A DNA stretch of 64,000 nt from a bacterium (GCA_965204535.1 CBDBEV010000001.1:896001-960000), one strand, 5' to 3'. Numbered from the stretch's first letter, positions 50,247 through 64,000 are shown. Translations and numbers: made by a program. Notes: generated by a model not told the origin, from the letters alone.

Positions 50247-51260
50247 ATGGATGGGATGGGTCCGATGAGAAATTCCGCTTCGTTCTTGCGCAGATGTTCG
50301 GGCGCGCTGTTCGGCGCGATGGCGCTATTCGTGCTGACGGCGGGCGCAGCCTCGGCGGATAAGCCCTTCACCTTCGTGGCCCTGGGCGACATGCCTTACG
50401 GGAAGCCCGCGAAGGTCTACCCGCCGTTCAAGGCGCTGATCGGCCAAATCAACGCTCTCAAGCCTATTTTCACGATCCACGTCGGAGACACCAAATCGGG
50501 CTCCACGCCCTGTTCGGACAAGATGCTCCTCGAACAACTCGATTTCATGAATTCTTTCGACGCCCCGCTCGTCTACACGCCCGGCGACAACGAATGGACG
50601 GATTGCCACCGCAAGAAGGCCGGCCGTTTCGATCCCATCGAGAGGCTCGCCTTCTTGCGGAAGCACTACTTCTCACGCGGCCCGCAATCACTCGGCAAGG
50701 CTCCCATGAAGCTCGAACGCCAGTCGGACCTGATGAAGGAATTCGCCGGTTATCCCGAGAATGCGCGCTTCGTGAAAGAGGGTGTTCATTTCATCACGGC
50801 GCACGTCGTCGGTTCGAACAACAACTTCGAAGTGCGCGACCCGCGCGCCGCCCGGGAGTTCTTTGCCCGCGACAAGGCGAACGTCGCCTGGCTGAAAGCG
50901 GGCTTCGATAGGGCCATCGCCATGAAGGCAAAGGCGCTCGTGCTCGCGATCCACGCCGACATGTTCAAGCCGGGATTCTTCAGAGCGAAAAAAGAGGCGT
51001 TCTCGGGCGCATCGGGCTTCAAGCGGTTCGGCGATGCGCTGATTAAAAAGGCCGCCGCGTTCAAAAAGCCGGTATTGCTGATCTACGGCGACACGCACGT
51101 CTATGACATCATGCGCCCGTTCCGGAAAAAAGCGCCGAACGTCGTCGCCCTCCAGGTCTTCGGTGCAAAACACATGCACGCCGTCAAGGTAATGGTGGAC
51201 ACCACTACGTCGGGGGTCTTCGCGATTCTCCCGGTCATGAACAAGGTGCTGGGGAATTAA
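50247..51260 (+). CDS. Secreted metallophosphoesterase-family protein
   Basis: Signal peptide, GDMPY, HVGD, PGDNEWTDCH, GDTH. Confidence 0.8.
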   Translation: MDGMGPMRNSASFLRRCSGALFGAMALFVLTAGAASADKPFTFVALGDMPYGKPAKVYPPFKALIGQINALKPIFTIHVGDTKSGSTPCSDKMLLEQLDFMNSFDAPLVYTPGDNEWTDCHRKKAGRFDPIERLAFLRKHYFSRGPQSLGKAPMKLERQSDLMKEFAGYPENARFVKEGVHFITAHVVGSNNNFEVRDPRAAREFFARDKANVAWLKAGFDRAIAMKAKALVLAIHADMFKPGFFRAKKEAFSGASGFKRFGDALIKKAAAFKKPVLLIYGDTHVYDIMRPFRKKAPNVVALQVFGAKHMHAVKVMVDTTTSGVFAILPVMNKVLGN

Positions 51261-51423
51261 GACTGTTCGGTTTTTCTGGGATTAGGGTACGCTCTTTATC
51301 ATTGGTAGCGATCTAAAAGGACGGGGAGGTTTTTGCCTCCCCTGTCACGCAACCCGGACTTGAATGGATAAAGCATTTGACATCGATCAGGAAGTCATAG
51401 GTTAAGATTTCCTTATACGTTGT

Positions 51424-51975
51424 TTACTCCCACTCCTTGTTTTCTCTCAAAGCCTCTACTTGCGCCTCCAGACTCACCATGCGGCCGTCGAGAAGTTCGA
51501 ATCCCTCACCCATCTCTGATTCGAGTTTATCGAGCCTTTGGTCTACTTCTTTTCTGAAAGCGGTGATTTCGTTCCTGACTCCCGTAATGGCTTTGGTTGT
51601 TTTCTCGTCCAGGTTGGCGATAGCGGTGGTTGTCTTTTCGTCGAGTTTCGTGATGGCGTCAGTTGTTTTTTTGTCCAGCCTAGCGATAGCGGTGGTTGTC
51701 TTTTCATCGAGTTTCGAGATGGCGGCGGTTGTTTTTTTGTCCAGATTGGCGATAGCGGTGGTCGTTTTTTCGTCAAGTTTCGAGATTGCGGCAGTTGTTT
51801 TTTTGTCCAGCCTAGCGATGGCGGTGGTTGTTTTTTCGTCGAGTTTCGTGATGGCGGCAATCGTTTTTTCGTCCAGCTTGGCGATGGCGGCGGCTGTTTT
51901 TTCATCGAGTTTCGAGATGGCAGCTGTCGTTTTCTTGTCCAGATTGGCGATGGCGGTGAGGATTTCTTGAGTCAT
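51424..51975 (-). CDS. Protein with eleven 11-aa (33-bp) tandem repeats, hendecad coiled coil
   Basis: (T/A)AI(A/S/T)(N/K/R)LD(E/K)KTT x11; GGAG RBS. Confidence 0.8.
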   Translation of the reverse strand: MTQEILTAIANLDKKTTAAISKLDEKTAAAIAKLDEKTIAAITKLDEKTTTAIARLDKKTTAAISKLDEKTTTAIANLDKKTTAAISKLDEKTTTAIARLDKKTTDAITKLDEKTTTAIANLDEKTTKAITGVRNEITAFRKEVDQRLDKLESEMGEGFELLDGRMVSLEAQVEALRENKEWE

Positions 51976-52141
51976 GGTTACACTCCGTTCGCGCAACGTT
52001 CGCATTACATTCGTATAGCAACAACAATAAACTGAAATACCTGACGTGTCAACCATTTTGTCTGTACGTTCAAAAAATTTTGCTCGCGTTGATGATGGGG
52101 TTGCGAGAAGAGGCTTGGTGGAGTGGTAGCGTCCGTGTTTG

Positions 52142-53585
52142 CTATTCCAGCGGGGCGGGGAGTTGGGATTCTCCCATCAGGTATTCGTCCACGGCGCGCG
52201 CGCAGGAGCGGCCATCGGCAATCGCCCATACCACGAGGGATGCGCCGCGCATCATGTCGCCCGCCACAAAGACGCCGGGTGCGCTCGTCATCCACCGCTC
52301 ATCGCGGCTCACCGCGCCGCGCCCGGTGCGCTCGAGGGCCAGCTCATCGAGCAGCGGGTGGCAGTCGGGACCCTGAAAGCCGATCGCCAGGAGAACGAGG
52401 TCCGCGTCGATTTCCTCTTCCGTGCCCGGAATCTCGGTGAAGACGATTCTTCCGTCCTCATCGTGGGATTCGTCCACCTTTACGGTGTCGATTTTCTTGA
52501 CTTGGCCGTTTTCACCCAGGAACTGTCGGGTCTGGATCTGGAAGATGCGCTCCCCGCCCTCTTCGTACATGGGCGCGGTGCGGAAGATGTTCGCGTAGTT
52601 GGGCCAGGGGTCGTTCAGCGGGTCCCGCTTGTCCGGCGGGCGCGGGTGGTACTGGAACTGCCGCACGGATTTCGCCCCCTGCCTGTGCGCGGTGCCCACG
52701 CAGTCCGCACCGGTATCGCCGCCGCCGATGACGACCACGTGCTTGTCCTTCGCGGTGATGAAATCCTCATCCGGAATGTCCTCGCCCGCGAGCCTCCGGT
52801 TCTGCATGGTGAGGTAGCGCATGCCGAAGTGGATGCCGTCCATCTCGCGGCCCGGAATCTGCAAATCCCTGTGTTGGAGAGCACCTGCGGCCAGCACGAT
52901 GGCGTCGAATTCTTCCTGGAGTTCTGAAACCTTGGGGTCGACGCCCACGTTCGCGTTCACGCGGAACGCCACGCCCTCTTCCTCCATCTGCTGCGTGCGC
53001 CGGTCGATATAGGTTTTGTCCATCTTGAAGTCCGGTATCCCGTAGCGCATGAGACCGCCGAGCTTGTCGTCGCGCTCGAACACGGTGACCTGGTGGCCCG
53101 CCCAGTTGAGCTGCTGGGCCGCGGCCATCCCCGCCGGCCCCGATCCCACGACGGCGGCTTTCTTGCCGGTGCGCATCGCAGGCGGTGTCGCCTCCACCCA
53201 GCCCTGTTCGAAGGCGTGCTCGATGACGGATTTTTCGATCTCCTTAATCGTCACCGGGGAGTCGTTGATCGTCAGGACGCAGGAGTCCTCGCACGGCGCC
53301 GGACAGAGCCAGCCCGTGAACTCGGGGAAATTGTTCGTCGCGTGGAGCCGGTCGATGGCGTCTTTCCACAAATCGCGGTAGACCAGATCGTTCCAGTCGG
53401 GAATCAGGTTTCCCAGCGGGCATCCCTCATGGCAGAAGGGAATGCCGCAGTCCATGCACCGCGCACCTTGCTGCTTGAGCGTCTCGTGCGGCGTCGGGAG
53501 ATAGACGACGTCCCAGTCGTGGACGCGCTCTTCCACGGGCCTCGTCCTGGGCGCTTCCCTTCCGAATTCCACAAATCCCGTCGGC

Positions 53586-53593
<8 letters not shown>
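52142..53593 (-). CDS. gltD: Glutamate synthase small subunit
   Basis: [35 protein letters not shown]. Confidence 0.97.
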
Positions 53594-58142
<4,549 letters not shown>

Positions 58143-58345
58143 TGTTTCACCAACTTTCTTTCCGAGAGAAGTTCCAGGAAAACTCCCCGTTTGCCCATTT
58201 CACAGGGAACTCCTGAGAGCGTCTTATGGACATCGCATGATGATTTCCATGAAACGGACTTTGAATATAACACGCCCCGGAAAATAAGACAAACTAAAAT
58301 TTTTAATATATTGCATTAGAATAATTTATATTGTAACCTTTTCTC

Positions 58346-59230
58346 ATGAACATCGAATCCTTGAGGCTGTATTGCCGTATCATCCAGGAGAAAAGTTTTT
58401 CCAAGGGGGCCGCCCAAAGCGGCGTCACACAGTCTGCGGCGAGTCAGGCGCTTCGCCAGCTCGAGGGGGATTTGAGCGTCGAGTTGCTCGACAGAAGCAA
58501 GCGGCCTTTCGGCGTCACCGAGGAAGGCGCCCGGTTTTATGAGGCGTGCCGAAAGATGGTGGGGGAATTCGACCAGGTCTGCGCGGAAATATCACACGGC
58601 ATCGGGGAGGTGCACGGACAGGTGCGCGTCGCGGCCATCTACTCGGTGGGGCTTCACCAGATGGGCGTCTACATGCAGCGGTTCCGCTCCCTGTATCCCC
58701 AGGCGCGCGTTCGGCTCGAATGCCTCCACCCCGAGAAGGTGGTGCAATCCGTTCTGGACGATACGGCGGACATCGGAATCCTCTCCTACCCCCCGAGAGA
58801 CAAGGCGCTCCGGGTCGTACCCTTCCAGGAAGATCCCATGTTCTTCGTCTCGCATCCGGGGCATCAACTGGCCTTTCGCCACGCGGTGAGACTACCCGAC
58901 CTCGCGGGCGAACCGTTCGTGGCCTTCGATGCCGACCTCGCCATCCGAAGCGCGATCGACAGGGTCTTGCGCAAGGCGGGCGTCGGCGTGGACGTCGTGA
59001 TGGAGTTCGACAACGTGGAGAGCATCAAGGAGGCGCTCTTCATCGACACCTGGGTGAGCATCCTGCCCGGCTCGGCCGTACATAATGAGCGGGCCATGAA
59101 CACGCTGGCGGTGCTGCCCTTCGAGGGCGAGCGCATCATCCGGCCGCTGGCCCTCGTCCACAGGCGCGACAAGCCCCTCCACGGCGGCGTGAGGCGCTTC
59201 ATCGAGCTTCTGGGCAGAGACCTCGACTAG
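58346..59230 (+). CDS. LysR-family regulator divergent from gltBD
   Basis: SFSKGA...TQSAASQALRQLE HTH and substrate-binding domain. Confidence 0.92.
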   Translation: MNIESLRLYCRIIQEKSFSKGAAQSGVTQSAASQALRQLEGDLSVELLDRSKRPFGVTEEGARFYEACRKMVGEFDQVCAEISHGIGEVHGQVRVAAIYSVGLHQMGVYMQRFRSLYPQARVRLECLHPEKVVQSVLDDTADIGILSYPPRDKALRVVPFQEDPMFFVSHPGHQLAFRHAVRLPDLAGEPFVAFDADLAIRSAIDRVLRKAGVGVDVVMEFDNVESIKEALFIDTWVSILPGSAVHNERAMNTLAVLPFEGERIIRPLALVHRRDKPLHGGVRRFIELLGRDLD

Positions 59231-59311
59231 CCCCACTCCCTTTGTATCTCCTTTCTTGTCAATGATTTGCACGATCGTATCCCGCCAATAAATATTTCTG
59301 GATATTTTTTC

Positions 59312-59340
59312 TTGACATAATAGTTATATATAGATATATT
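59312..59340 (+). promoter_or_regulatory. Near-consensus sigma70 promoter
   Basis: TTGACA-N17-TATATT in an AT-rich intergenic region. Confidence 0.7.
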
Positions 59341-59438
59341 TCCATTGCTTTATGTGTGAATAAGAACATAATGCGCACGGAAAGAACGACATATCTATTT
59401 GATATTGAAAGTTTTATTTAGAAAAAGGGAAATTCCAT

Positions 59439-59489
59439 GAATTTATCGAAAAATCCTGTGAATTTATCTAAATTTATCGAATTTTTCAG
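59439..59489. promoter_or_regulatory. AT-rich 51-bp element with phased ATTTATC repeats (copy 2)
   Basis: 42/51 ungapped identity to 3855-3905. Confidence 0.6.
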
Positions 59490-59675
59490 AAATTCGCCTC
59501 GCCCGGATGATCCGTCCCGCAATACCCCACCATCTTCCCCACCGAACGCGGCGTCCCGCACCGCCCGCGAGGCGCCCCCCTCCGATACCAACGCACCTTC
59601 GAGACCGCGCGGATCATCCGGGTCTTTATTGCGCCGCATCGGAGGCGCGCCGCATCTGTGCCCGGGAGGGACGTC

Positions 59676-59921
59676 ATGAACGAAACCGCTTCTTTCATCG
59701 GAACCCATGAGCGCACGCTCTCGGATCTTGTGGACGAGGGATTCGGCGTCCCCGAAGATGGCGCGCTGCTCGTCTACCGCGACCGCACCCGAGAGAGGCG
59801 CGTGAGCCTCATCTTCCCGAACATGGAATCCGCCCGCGCCCGCGCCGACGCCCTCATCAGGATGAAGAGAACCCGCCGCCGCGACCTGGTCCTCCTCCCG
59901 CTCGCCGAGGCGCTTTCCTGA
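59676..59921 (+). CDS. Small hypothetical protein
   Basis: GGGAGG RBS; TGATG coupling to the next gene. Confidence 0.6.
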   Translation: MNETASFIGTHERTLSDLVDEGFGVPEDGALLVYRDRTRERRVSLIFPNMESARARADALIRMKRTRRRDLVLLPLAEALS

Positions 59922-60301
59922 TGGCGCCGCCGAAGAATACCCGGGGGAGCAAGAGGCGCGCGAGGAGAACGAAACGGGCCCCGCTCGATCCGAGAACGCC
60001 GCGCCGCATTCTCGAGGAAGAGGCGTTTCTCACCAAGCCCATGCTCGCCAGGGTGCTCGGCTACCGGAGCTACCGCACGCTCGACGCCATCATCGCCGAG
60101 GACTGCGCGAGCGCCGCGCCCTGCCTCCGCCCCGTCTACCTGCGCCGCCCGCCCCCGGGCGCGGGCGCCAGGCAGCCCGAAGGCCACCCCTCGTTCAAGA
60201 GCGCGCGCTTTCGCCGCGAGGACGTACTCGCCTACGTCGAGAAGATGACGGAGGATTTCCCGCACGATCTCGAATGGAAATTCGGCGGCATGCGGGAGTA
60301 G
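59921..60301 (+). CDS. Excisionase/MerR-like winged-HTH protein
   Basis: FLTKPMLARVLGYRSYRTL...ARFRREDVLAYVEK pattern. Confidence 0.55.
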   Translation: MAPPKNTRGSKRRARRTKRAPLDPRTPRRILEEEAFLTKPMLARVLGYRSYRTLDAIIAEDCASAAPCLRPVYLRRPPPGAGARQPEGHPSFKSARFRREDVLAYVEKMTEDFPHDLEWKFGGMRE

Positions 60302-60362
60302 GGGAGTGAGCGAAACACACGAGGAGGACAGCGGCTTCTACGAAGCAAGCCTGAAACGAATC

Positions 60363-60399
60363 AACGCCCCTCGGGGAGACCCGAGGGGCGTTTCTTTTT
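60363..60399 (+). terminator. Rho-independent terminator
   Basis: AACGCCCCTCGGG-GAGA-CCCGAGGGGCGTT then T-rich run. Confidence 0.85.
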
Positions 60400-60615
60400 C
60401 TCGAAATAGCAATCCCTCCCTCACCTGTCGGGGTTGACTTACCTCACCCCACCCAGCCACGTCTCCTTCCACTGCCGGGCGGGTTTCCCGTCTCTTTTCG
60501 TATCGCGATCTAGCGTCTTTGGCGGTGTAGACGCGCATGAACTTATCGACCCCCCACTCGCGCAGGAGTCCGAGAGGATGCAGAAAATGCGTCTGTCCTC
60601 GAAACGCTCTTGCGC

Positions 60616-61029
60616 CTATTTCCCTTTCCCGTTGGTTTTTTGTTTCGGTTTTCGCTGATGCGTGACGATGGGTAGCGGCGCGTTGCAGCCCTTGTCGAAG
60701 GCGATGCGGCGAAGCGCGGCGTTTCGCCGCTCTAGGGCTTCGGTCTCGACAGCTTCTTTGCCTTTCAGGTCCATGTAAAACCACGGCGCGATGAGGAACA
60801 CGCCGGAAGCGCCGAGGATGAGGTTCTTGTGCGTCTTGTTCGTCCTCTCATCCGTCTTTTTGGCGATGTCCTTCCTGTTGGCCTTTATTTCCGCCTTGAG
60901 TGATGCGCAACCGCGCTTTTCATCGGCAGGCGTGTAGCGCGCCACCGGATTCGGTCCAACACCCGCGCAACCGGATACGAAGAACATGAACGCCACGCCT
61001 GCGTAGATCGGCTTCTTCATGGGACGCAC
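60616..61029 (-). CDS. Putative lipoprotein
   Basis: Signal peptide with VSGC lipobox. Confidence 0.7.
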   Translation of the reverse strand: MRPMKKPIYAGVAFMFFVSGCAGVGPNPVARYTPADEKRGCASLKAEIKANRKDIAKKTDERTNKTHKNLILGASGVFLIAPWFYMDLKGKEAVETEALERRNAALRRIAFDKGCNAPLPIVTHQRKPKQKTNGKGK

Positions 61030-61071
61030 CTCATGGGCGAACCCGGGTGATATTCCTCAAGCGGCGCAGGC

Positions 61072-61560
61072 CTAGTTGACGATCTTCCAACTCCCGTCGG
61101 GCTGCCGGCAGGCGCGGCCGTAGGCGCGCTCTGTCTTGCCGCCCACGGTGATGGTCTGCTGGAACTCGCGGCAATACCGGGTGGCGGAGCCTCTCTGGAC
61201 CCGGTAGGTGCGCCTGGGCGTAATGGTGCCCCGGTTGCCCGTGTCGGGGTTCACCCATTTGGTGGCCACGTTCGTCTTGCCGCGCTCCAGGGTTTTCTGC
61301 GTGCTTCGCCCCATCAGCAGACGGTCGCGCTCGTCGAGTTGTCGCCCGATGGAGCTGCCCGCGAGGACGCCGAGGACCGCGCCCGCGAAGGTCGCCGCCT
61401 TGCGGCCCCGGCCCTTGCCGAACTTCGAGCCGATGAGACCGCCCGCGATTCCGCCGAGAATCGCTCCGCCGGTCTGTTTGTCCATCGTGCCGTCGGTGCG
61501 GCATCCGGCCAGCCCCAGGCTGAATACGGCGATGAGGAGGGTGGCGGTCAGTTTTTTCAT
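61072..61560 (-). CDS. 17-kDa surface antigen-like glycine-zipper lipoprotein
   Basis: LAGC lipobox, Gly zipper, WVNPDTG, CREFQQT...GRACRQPDGSW. Confidence 0.9.
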   Translation of the reverse strand: MKKLTATLLIAVFSLGLAGCRTDGTMDKQTGGAILGGIAGGLIGSKFGKGRGRKAATFAGAVLGVLAGSSIGRQLDERDRLLMGRSTQKTLERGKTNVATKWVNPDTGNRGTITPRRTYRVQRGSATRYCREFQQTITVGGKTERAYGRACRQPDGSWKIVN

Positions 61561-61728
61561 GGTTCGTCTCCTGTGCTTGGCGGCATGCGCCCCTCGGCGC
61601 GTCGTCTTCCTGGCGGATTGAAACGCCCCTCGCGCGTCGCGAACGAAGGCGTCGAGCGGGCGCGTCCGGTGCGGAGGGATGCGCTTTTTCCCCTCGTGGA
61701 CGGGTGAGAGCGCATCACCTCGCAGTTG

Positions 61729-61772
61729 CCCGCATTTTCCGTCAACGGCCCGGCGGGATCAAGGCCTAGAAT
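61729..61772 (+). promoter_or_regulatory. Putative activator-dependent promoter 1
   Basis: CCCGCATTTTCCG-N25-TAGAAT, no recognisable -35. Confidence 0.6.
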
Positions 61773-61840
61773 CTCTCACGTCGAGGCGCATCGCTTAAAA
61801 GCGGCGCGCGGGATTTCACTAACAGAATGTGAGGAGAGCC

Positions 61841-61990
61841 ATGACCGGGAAAAATGAATTCGAAAGAAGAACGGACGCCGCCTTGTGGCGCTGGGCCAAC
61901 AGGAAGCATACCGCCTTGCGCCTCGTCGCCGCGGGCGCGGGTCTGGTGCTGTTGGGCTTTTTTCTGGGGGGCGCCGTATGCTGGCCGTAA
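61841..61990 (+). CDS. 49-aa single-pass membrane protein (below ORF-track cutoff)
   Basis: GAGGAG RBS; MTGKNEFERRTDAALWRWANRKHTALRLVAAGAGLVLLGFFLGGAVCWP. Confidence 0.6.
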   Translation: MTGKNEFERRTDAALWRWANRKHTALRLVAAGAGLVLLGFFLGGAVCWP

Positions 61991-62217
61991 GGAGATCGAA
62001 ATATCGTCCCGTCGAGATATTCCGGGATAAATCCGGGCGGCATCGCTTCCGTGTGCGGGCGCGGAACGGACGGGTCCTGGCGTCGAGCCAGGCCTATGCG
62101 GACCGCTGGGGCGCGCGCCAGGGCGCGGCGGCGCTTTGCCGCGTCCTGCAACAGGCGGCCATAGCCGAAGATTCGCTCGTGAATGAGGAGAAATCATGCT
62201 CACGGACGAACTCGTAG
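61978..62217 (+). CDS. YegP/DUF1508-like protein
   Basis: EIFRDKSGRHRFRVRARNGRVLASSQAY. Confidence 0.75.
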   Translation: MLAVRRSKYRPVEIFRDKSGRHRFRVRARNGRVLASSQAYADRWGARQGAAALCRVLQQAAIAEDSLVNEEKSCSRTNS

Positions 62218-62609
62218 CGGATATCAAGCGCGAGGAGGGTTTCGTGCCGGTCGTGTATCTGGATAGCAAGGGCAAGAAGACCATCGGCTACGGAACGCTG
62301 CTCGAAGACGGCATATCGGAAGCCGAGGCCGAACTGCTCCTTCGGCATCGTCTCGACCTGATGGCCGGGGAACTGGAGCGCTCCCGCGTCGGCGAGGCGT
62401 ATTCGAATTTGAGGCCGGGTGCCCGGCGCGCGGTCCTGAACATGGCTTACAACATGGGCGTGCCGAGTCTTCTGGGCTTTCAGAAAATGTGGGCCGCGCT
62501 CGCGGAAGGGGATTACGCGCAGGCGGCCGGGGAGGCGCTCGATTCGGTTTACGCGCGGGAACTCCCCGCCCGGGCGGGCCGGGTGGCCGAGCGCATGAGG
62601 AGCGCGTGA
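62196..62609 (+). CDS. Phage-type (T4/GH24-like) lysozyme
   Basis: EEG...YLDSKGKKTIGYG with E-X8-D-X5-T triad, NMAYNMG; no signal peptide. Confidence 0.9.
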   Translation: MLTDELVADIKREEGFVPVVYLDSKGKKTIGYGTLLEDGISEAEAELLLRHRLDLMAGELERSRVGEAYSNLRPGARRAVLNMAYNMGVPSLLGFQKMWAALAEGDYAQAAGEALDSVYARELPARAGRVAERMRSA

Positions 62610-63031
62610 TGGCCTTTTTGGAAAAGCTCATCGGCGGCGGCGTCGTATCGGCGGCGGAGGGCGTCGCCAACGTCATCGACAGGTTCGTTGAGACGCCCGA
62701 TGAGCGGCGCGCGGCGGAGGCGATAAAGCAAAAGCTGATGATGCGCCCCGCCGAAGCCCAGAACGAGATCAACAGAATCGAAGCCGCCCACCGCAGCGTC
62801 TTCGTCGCAGGCGGCAGGCCGTTCATCCTGTGGATCTGCGGCGTCTCGCTCGCCTTTTATTTCATCCCCCAGTATGCGCTCGGCGCATGGCTCTGGACGC
62901 GGCAGGTGCTGATGAGCGGCGAACTCGCGCCCTATCCCGTCTCGGCGGACGGGCTTCTCGAACTCACGCTGGGGATGCTGGGTCTGGGCGCGTTTCGCAC
63001 CGTCGAGAAGCTCACGGGCAAGGCGAAGTGA
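62609..63031 (+). CDS. 3TM-type holin (GTA-release holin family)
   Basis: AQNEINRIEAAHRSVFVAGGRPFILWIC, GMLGLGAFRTVEK; TGATG coupling with the lysozyme. Confidence 0.85.
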   Translation: MAFLEKLIGGGVVSAAEGVANVIDRFVETPDERRAAEAIKQKLMMRPAEAQNEINRIEAAHRSVFVAGGRPFILWICGVSLAFYFIPQYALGAWLWTRQVLMSGELAPYPVSADGLLELTLGMLGLGAFRTVEKLTGKAK

Positions 63032-63127
63032 ACGAGTTTTGTGCGGGGAGGGCTTGGGGGGTGTTGAGAATGTCCTTGCGGTTTCCTTGGAGGAAGGATC
63101 TCGACCCGGGAAACGACCCTTGGAAAT

Positions 63128-63186
63128 GTAGGGACAACCCCCTGTGGTTGTCCCTCCTCGGACAGGCACGGGGGCCTGTCCCTGCA
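63128..63186. repeat. Tandem pair of GTAG-type REP-like hairpins
   Basis: GTAGGGACAACC...GGTTGTCCCT and GGACAGGC...GCCTGTCC. Confidence 0.75.
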
Positions 63187-63229
63187 ACCCACTACGAAGG
63201 GGCCCCGTATGGGCTTTTTCAACGATCCC

Positions 63230-63634
63230 TCATGGGCCGCTTTTGTTTTTCGTGGTTTTCGTCTCGACGTGCTCCAGGGGATGGTCGTGGACGATCTTGA
63301 TCTGCTCGGGGAGGATGAAGGCGGCCGTGAACAGCACGGTGGCGCCCAGACACGTGACGAGCAGCCCCGGCAATATCACCCTGAAGCCCGTGAATTCTGC
63401 CAAGGCGTTTTCTCTCGCTTCGGCGCGCGATTGCTGGGTGATGAAGGCGCCCATCGCCAGGATGATGCCGCCCACGATGGCGGTCGAGATCCGGAGCAGG
63501 TTGCGCTCCTCCGCCAGATAGGCGAACAGGAGGATCTCCTCCTCCCCGTGGGCGAGGGCAGGCGCGTCGGGCAGCCCCAGGAGCCATAGCGCGAAGCCGG
63601 CGAGTGTCGTGATTCTCAGCGCGATGGGGCGCAT
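63230..63634 (-). CDS. Hypothetical membrane protein
   Basis: Signal-like N-terminus plus two TM helices; GAGGAGG RBS. Confidence 0.65.
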   Translation of the reverse strand: MRPIALRITTLAGFALWLLGLPDAPALAHGEEEILLFAYLAEERNLLRISTAIVGGIILAMGAFITQQSRAEARENALAEFTGFRVILPGLLVTCLGATVLFTAAFILPEQIKIVHDHPLEHVETKTTKNKSGP

Positions 63635-63703
63635 CGAAGTCCTCCTCGGGCGGCATTGTGCAACCCCGAATACTTTTTCTCAACGCGCCCGAGTCTACGT
63701 TTC

Positions 63704-63747
63704 CCCGCATTTTCCGCGCCGCCCGAACCCGCGCCGCCCTCTATATT
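63704..63747 (+). promoter_or_regulatory. Putative activator-dependent promoter 2
   Basis: CCCGCATTTTCCG-N25-TATATT, same geometry as 61729-61772. Confidence 0.6.
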
Positions 63748-63891
63748 GGCCGATGTCCCGCCGCACGAGGGGAACTGGGTATTTCGACGAGTTTGTTATC
63801 AAGGAGGTGTTTCAATGCATGAGAGAGTTCTGGACTCTGGAGAACGGCGTCCGACGCGCCGGTATGAAAATCATCGAGGAGGTGTTTCATC

Positions 63892-64000
63892 GTGAACGAT
63901 CTGGCGGCCCGCGTCCTGCGCGGCGACATCTTGAAGACGCTGTATTACCAGGATGCCTTACGTGCGGAATCGAGCGTGGGCAGCCTTCTGCTGTGGAGCG
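63892..64000 (+). CDS. 5' part of a gene running off the window (possibly phage-like wHTH protein)
   Basis: GAGGAGGT RBS, GTG start, MNDLAARVLRGDILKTLYYQDALRAESSVGSLLLWS... Confidence 0.5.
   Translation, partial: MNDLAARVLRGDILKTLYYQDALRAESSVGSLLLWS

Noticed and set aside
51595-51960. Possible CRISPR array (regular 33-bp periodicity)
   Set aside because: No unique spacers; the repeats are contiguous, degenerate and in frame in a CDS; no cas genes seen.
59360-59395. Possible LexA/SOS box upstream of the phage-like module
   Set aside because: Two GAAC half-sites, but spacing and partners fit neither GAAC-N4-GTTC nor GAAC-N7-GAAC.

Overview
High-GC bacterial chromosome window. (1) 1-4.8 kb: endonuclease III-like gene, lytic transglycosylase, HAD hydrolase, rlmN and a hypothetical gene. 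(2) About 4.8-27.8 kb, an accessory patchwork: an amino-MTase plus Eco29kI-type restriction cassette bracketed by a ~92-bp duplication of the host gene's 3' end, a small-protein/retropepsin pair, two secreted MORN/Sel1/ankyrin repeat proteins, an AbiE toxin-antitoxin pair, IS256/IS1182/IS1111-type IS110 elements, relics of a conjugative element (RHH, DUF2493-like, truncated ssb) and an orphan ParA. (3) About 28-59 kb, core metabolism: acnA, fumC, an acyl-CoA ligase/MaoC cluster, sod, a peroxiredoxin, metF, gltBD with LysR, tRNA-Lys and tRNA-Thr. This part also holds a second R-M system, a GIY-YIG nuclease framed by palindromic repeats, a CxxU selenoprotein candidate with a SECIS-like hairpin, and a gene apparently starting at ATT. 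(4) 59.3-64 kb: a scattered phage-derived module (Xis-like HTH, lysozyme, 3TM holin, start of a further operon). Two of its promoters share an identical 13-bp box exactly 25 bp upstream of a -10 element, and a 51-bp AT-rich element in its control region recurs 55 kb away. The last is the best candidate for an undescribed domesticated phage-derived (GTA/tailocin/lysis-secretion) regulon. All family calls come from motif recognition by eye; no database search was run.
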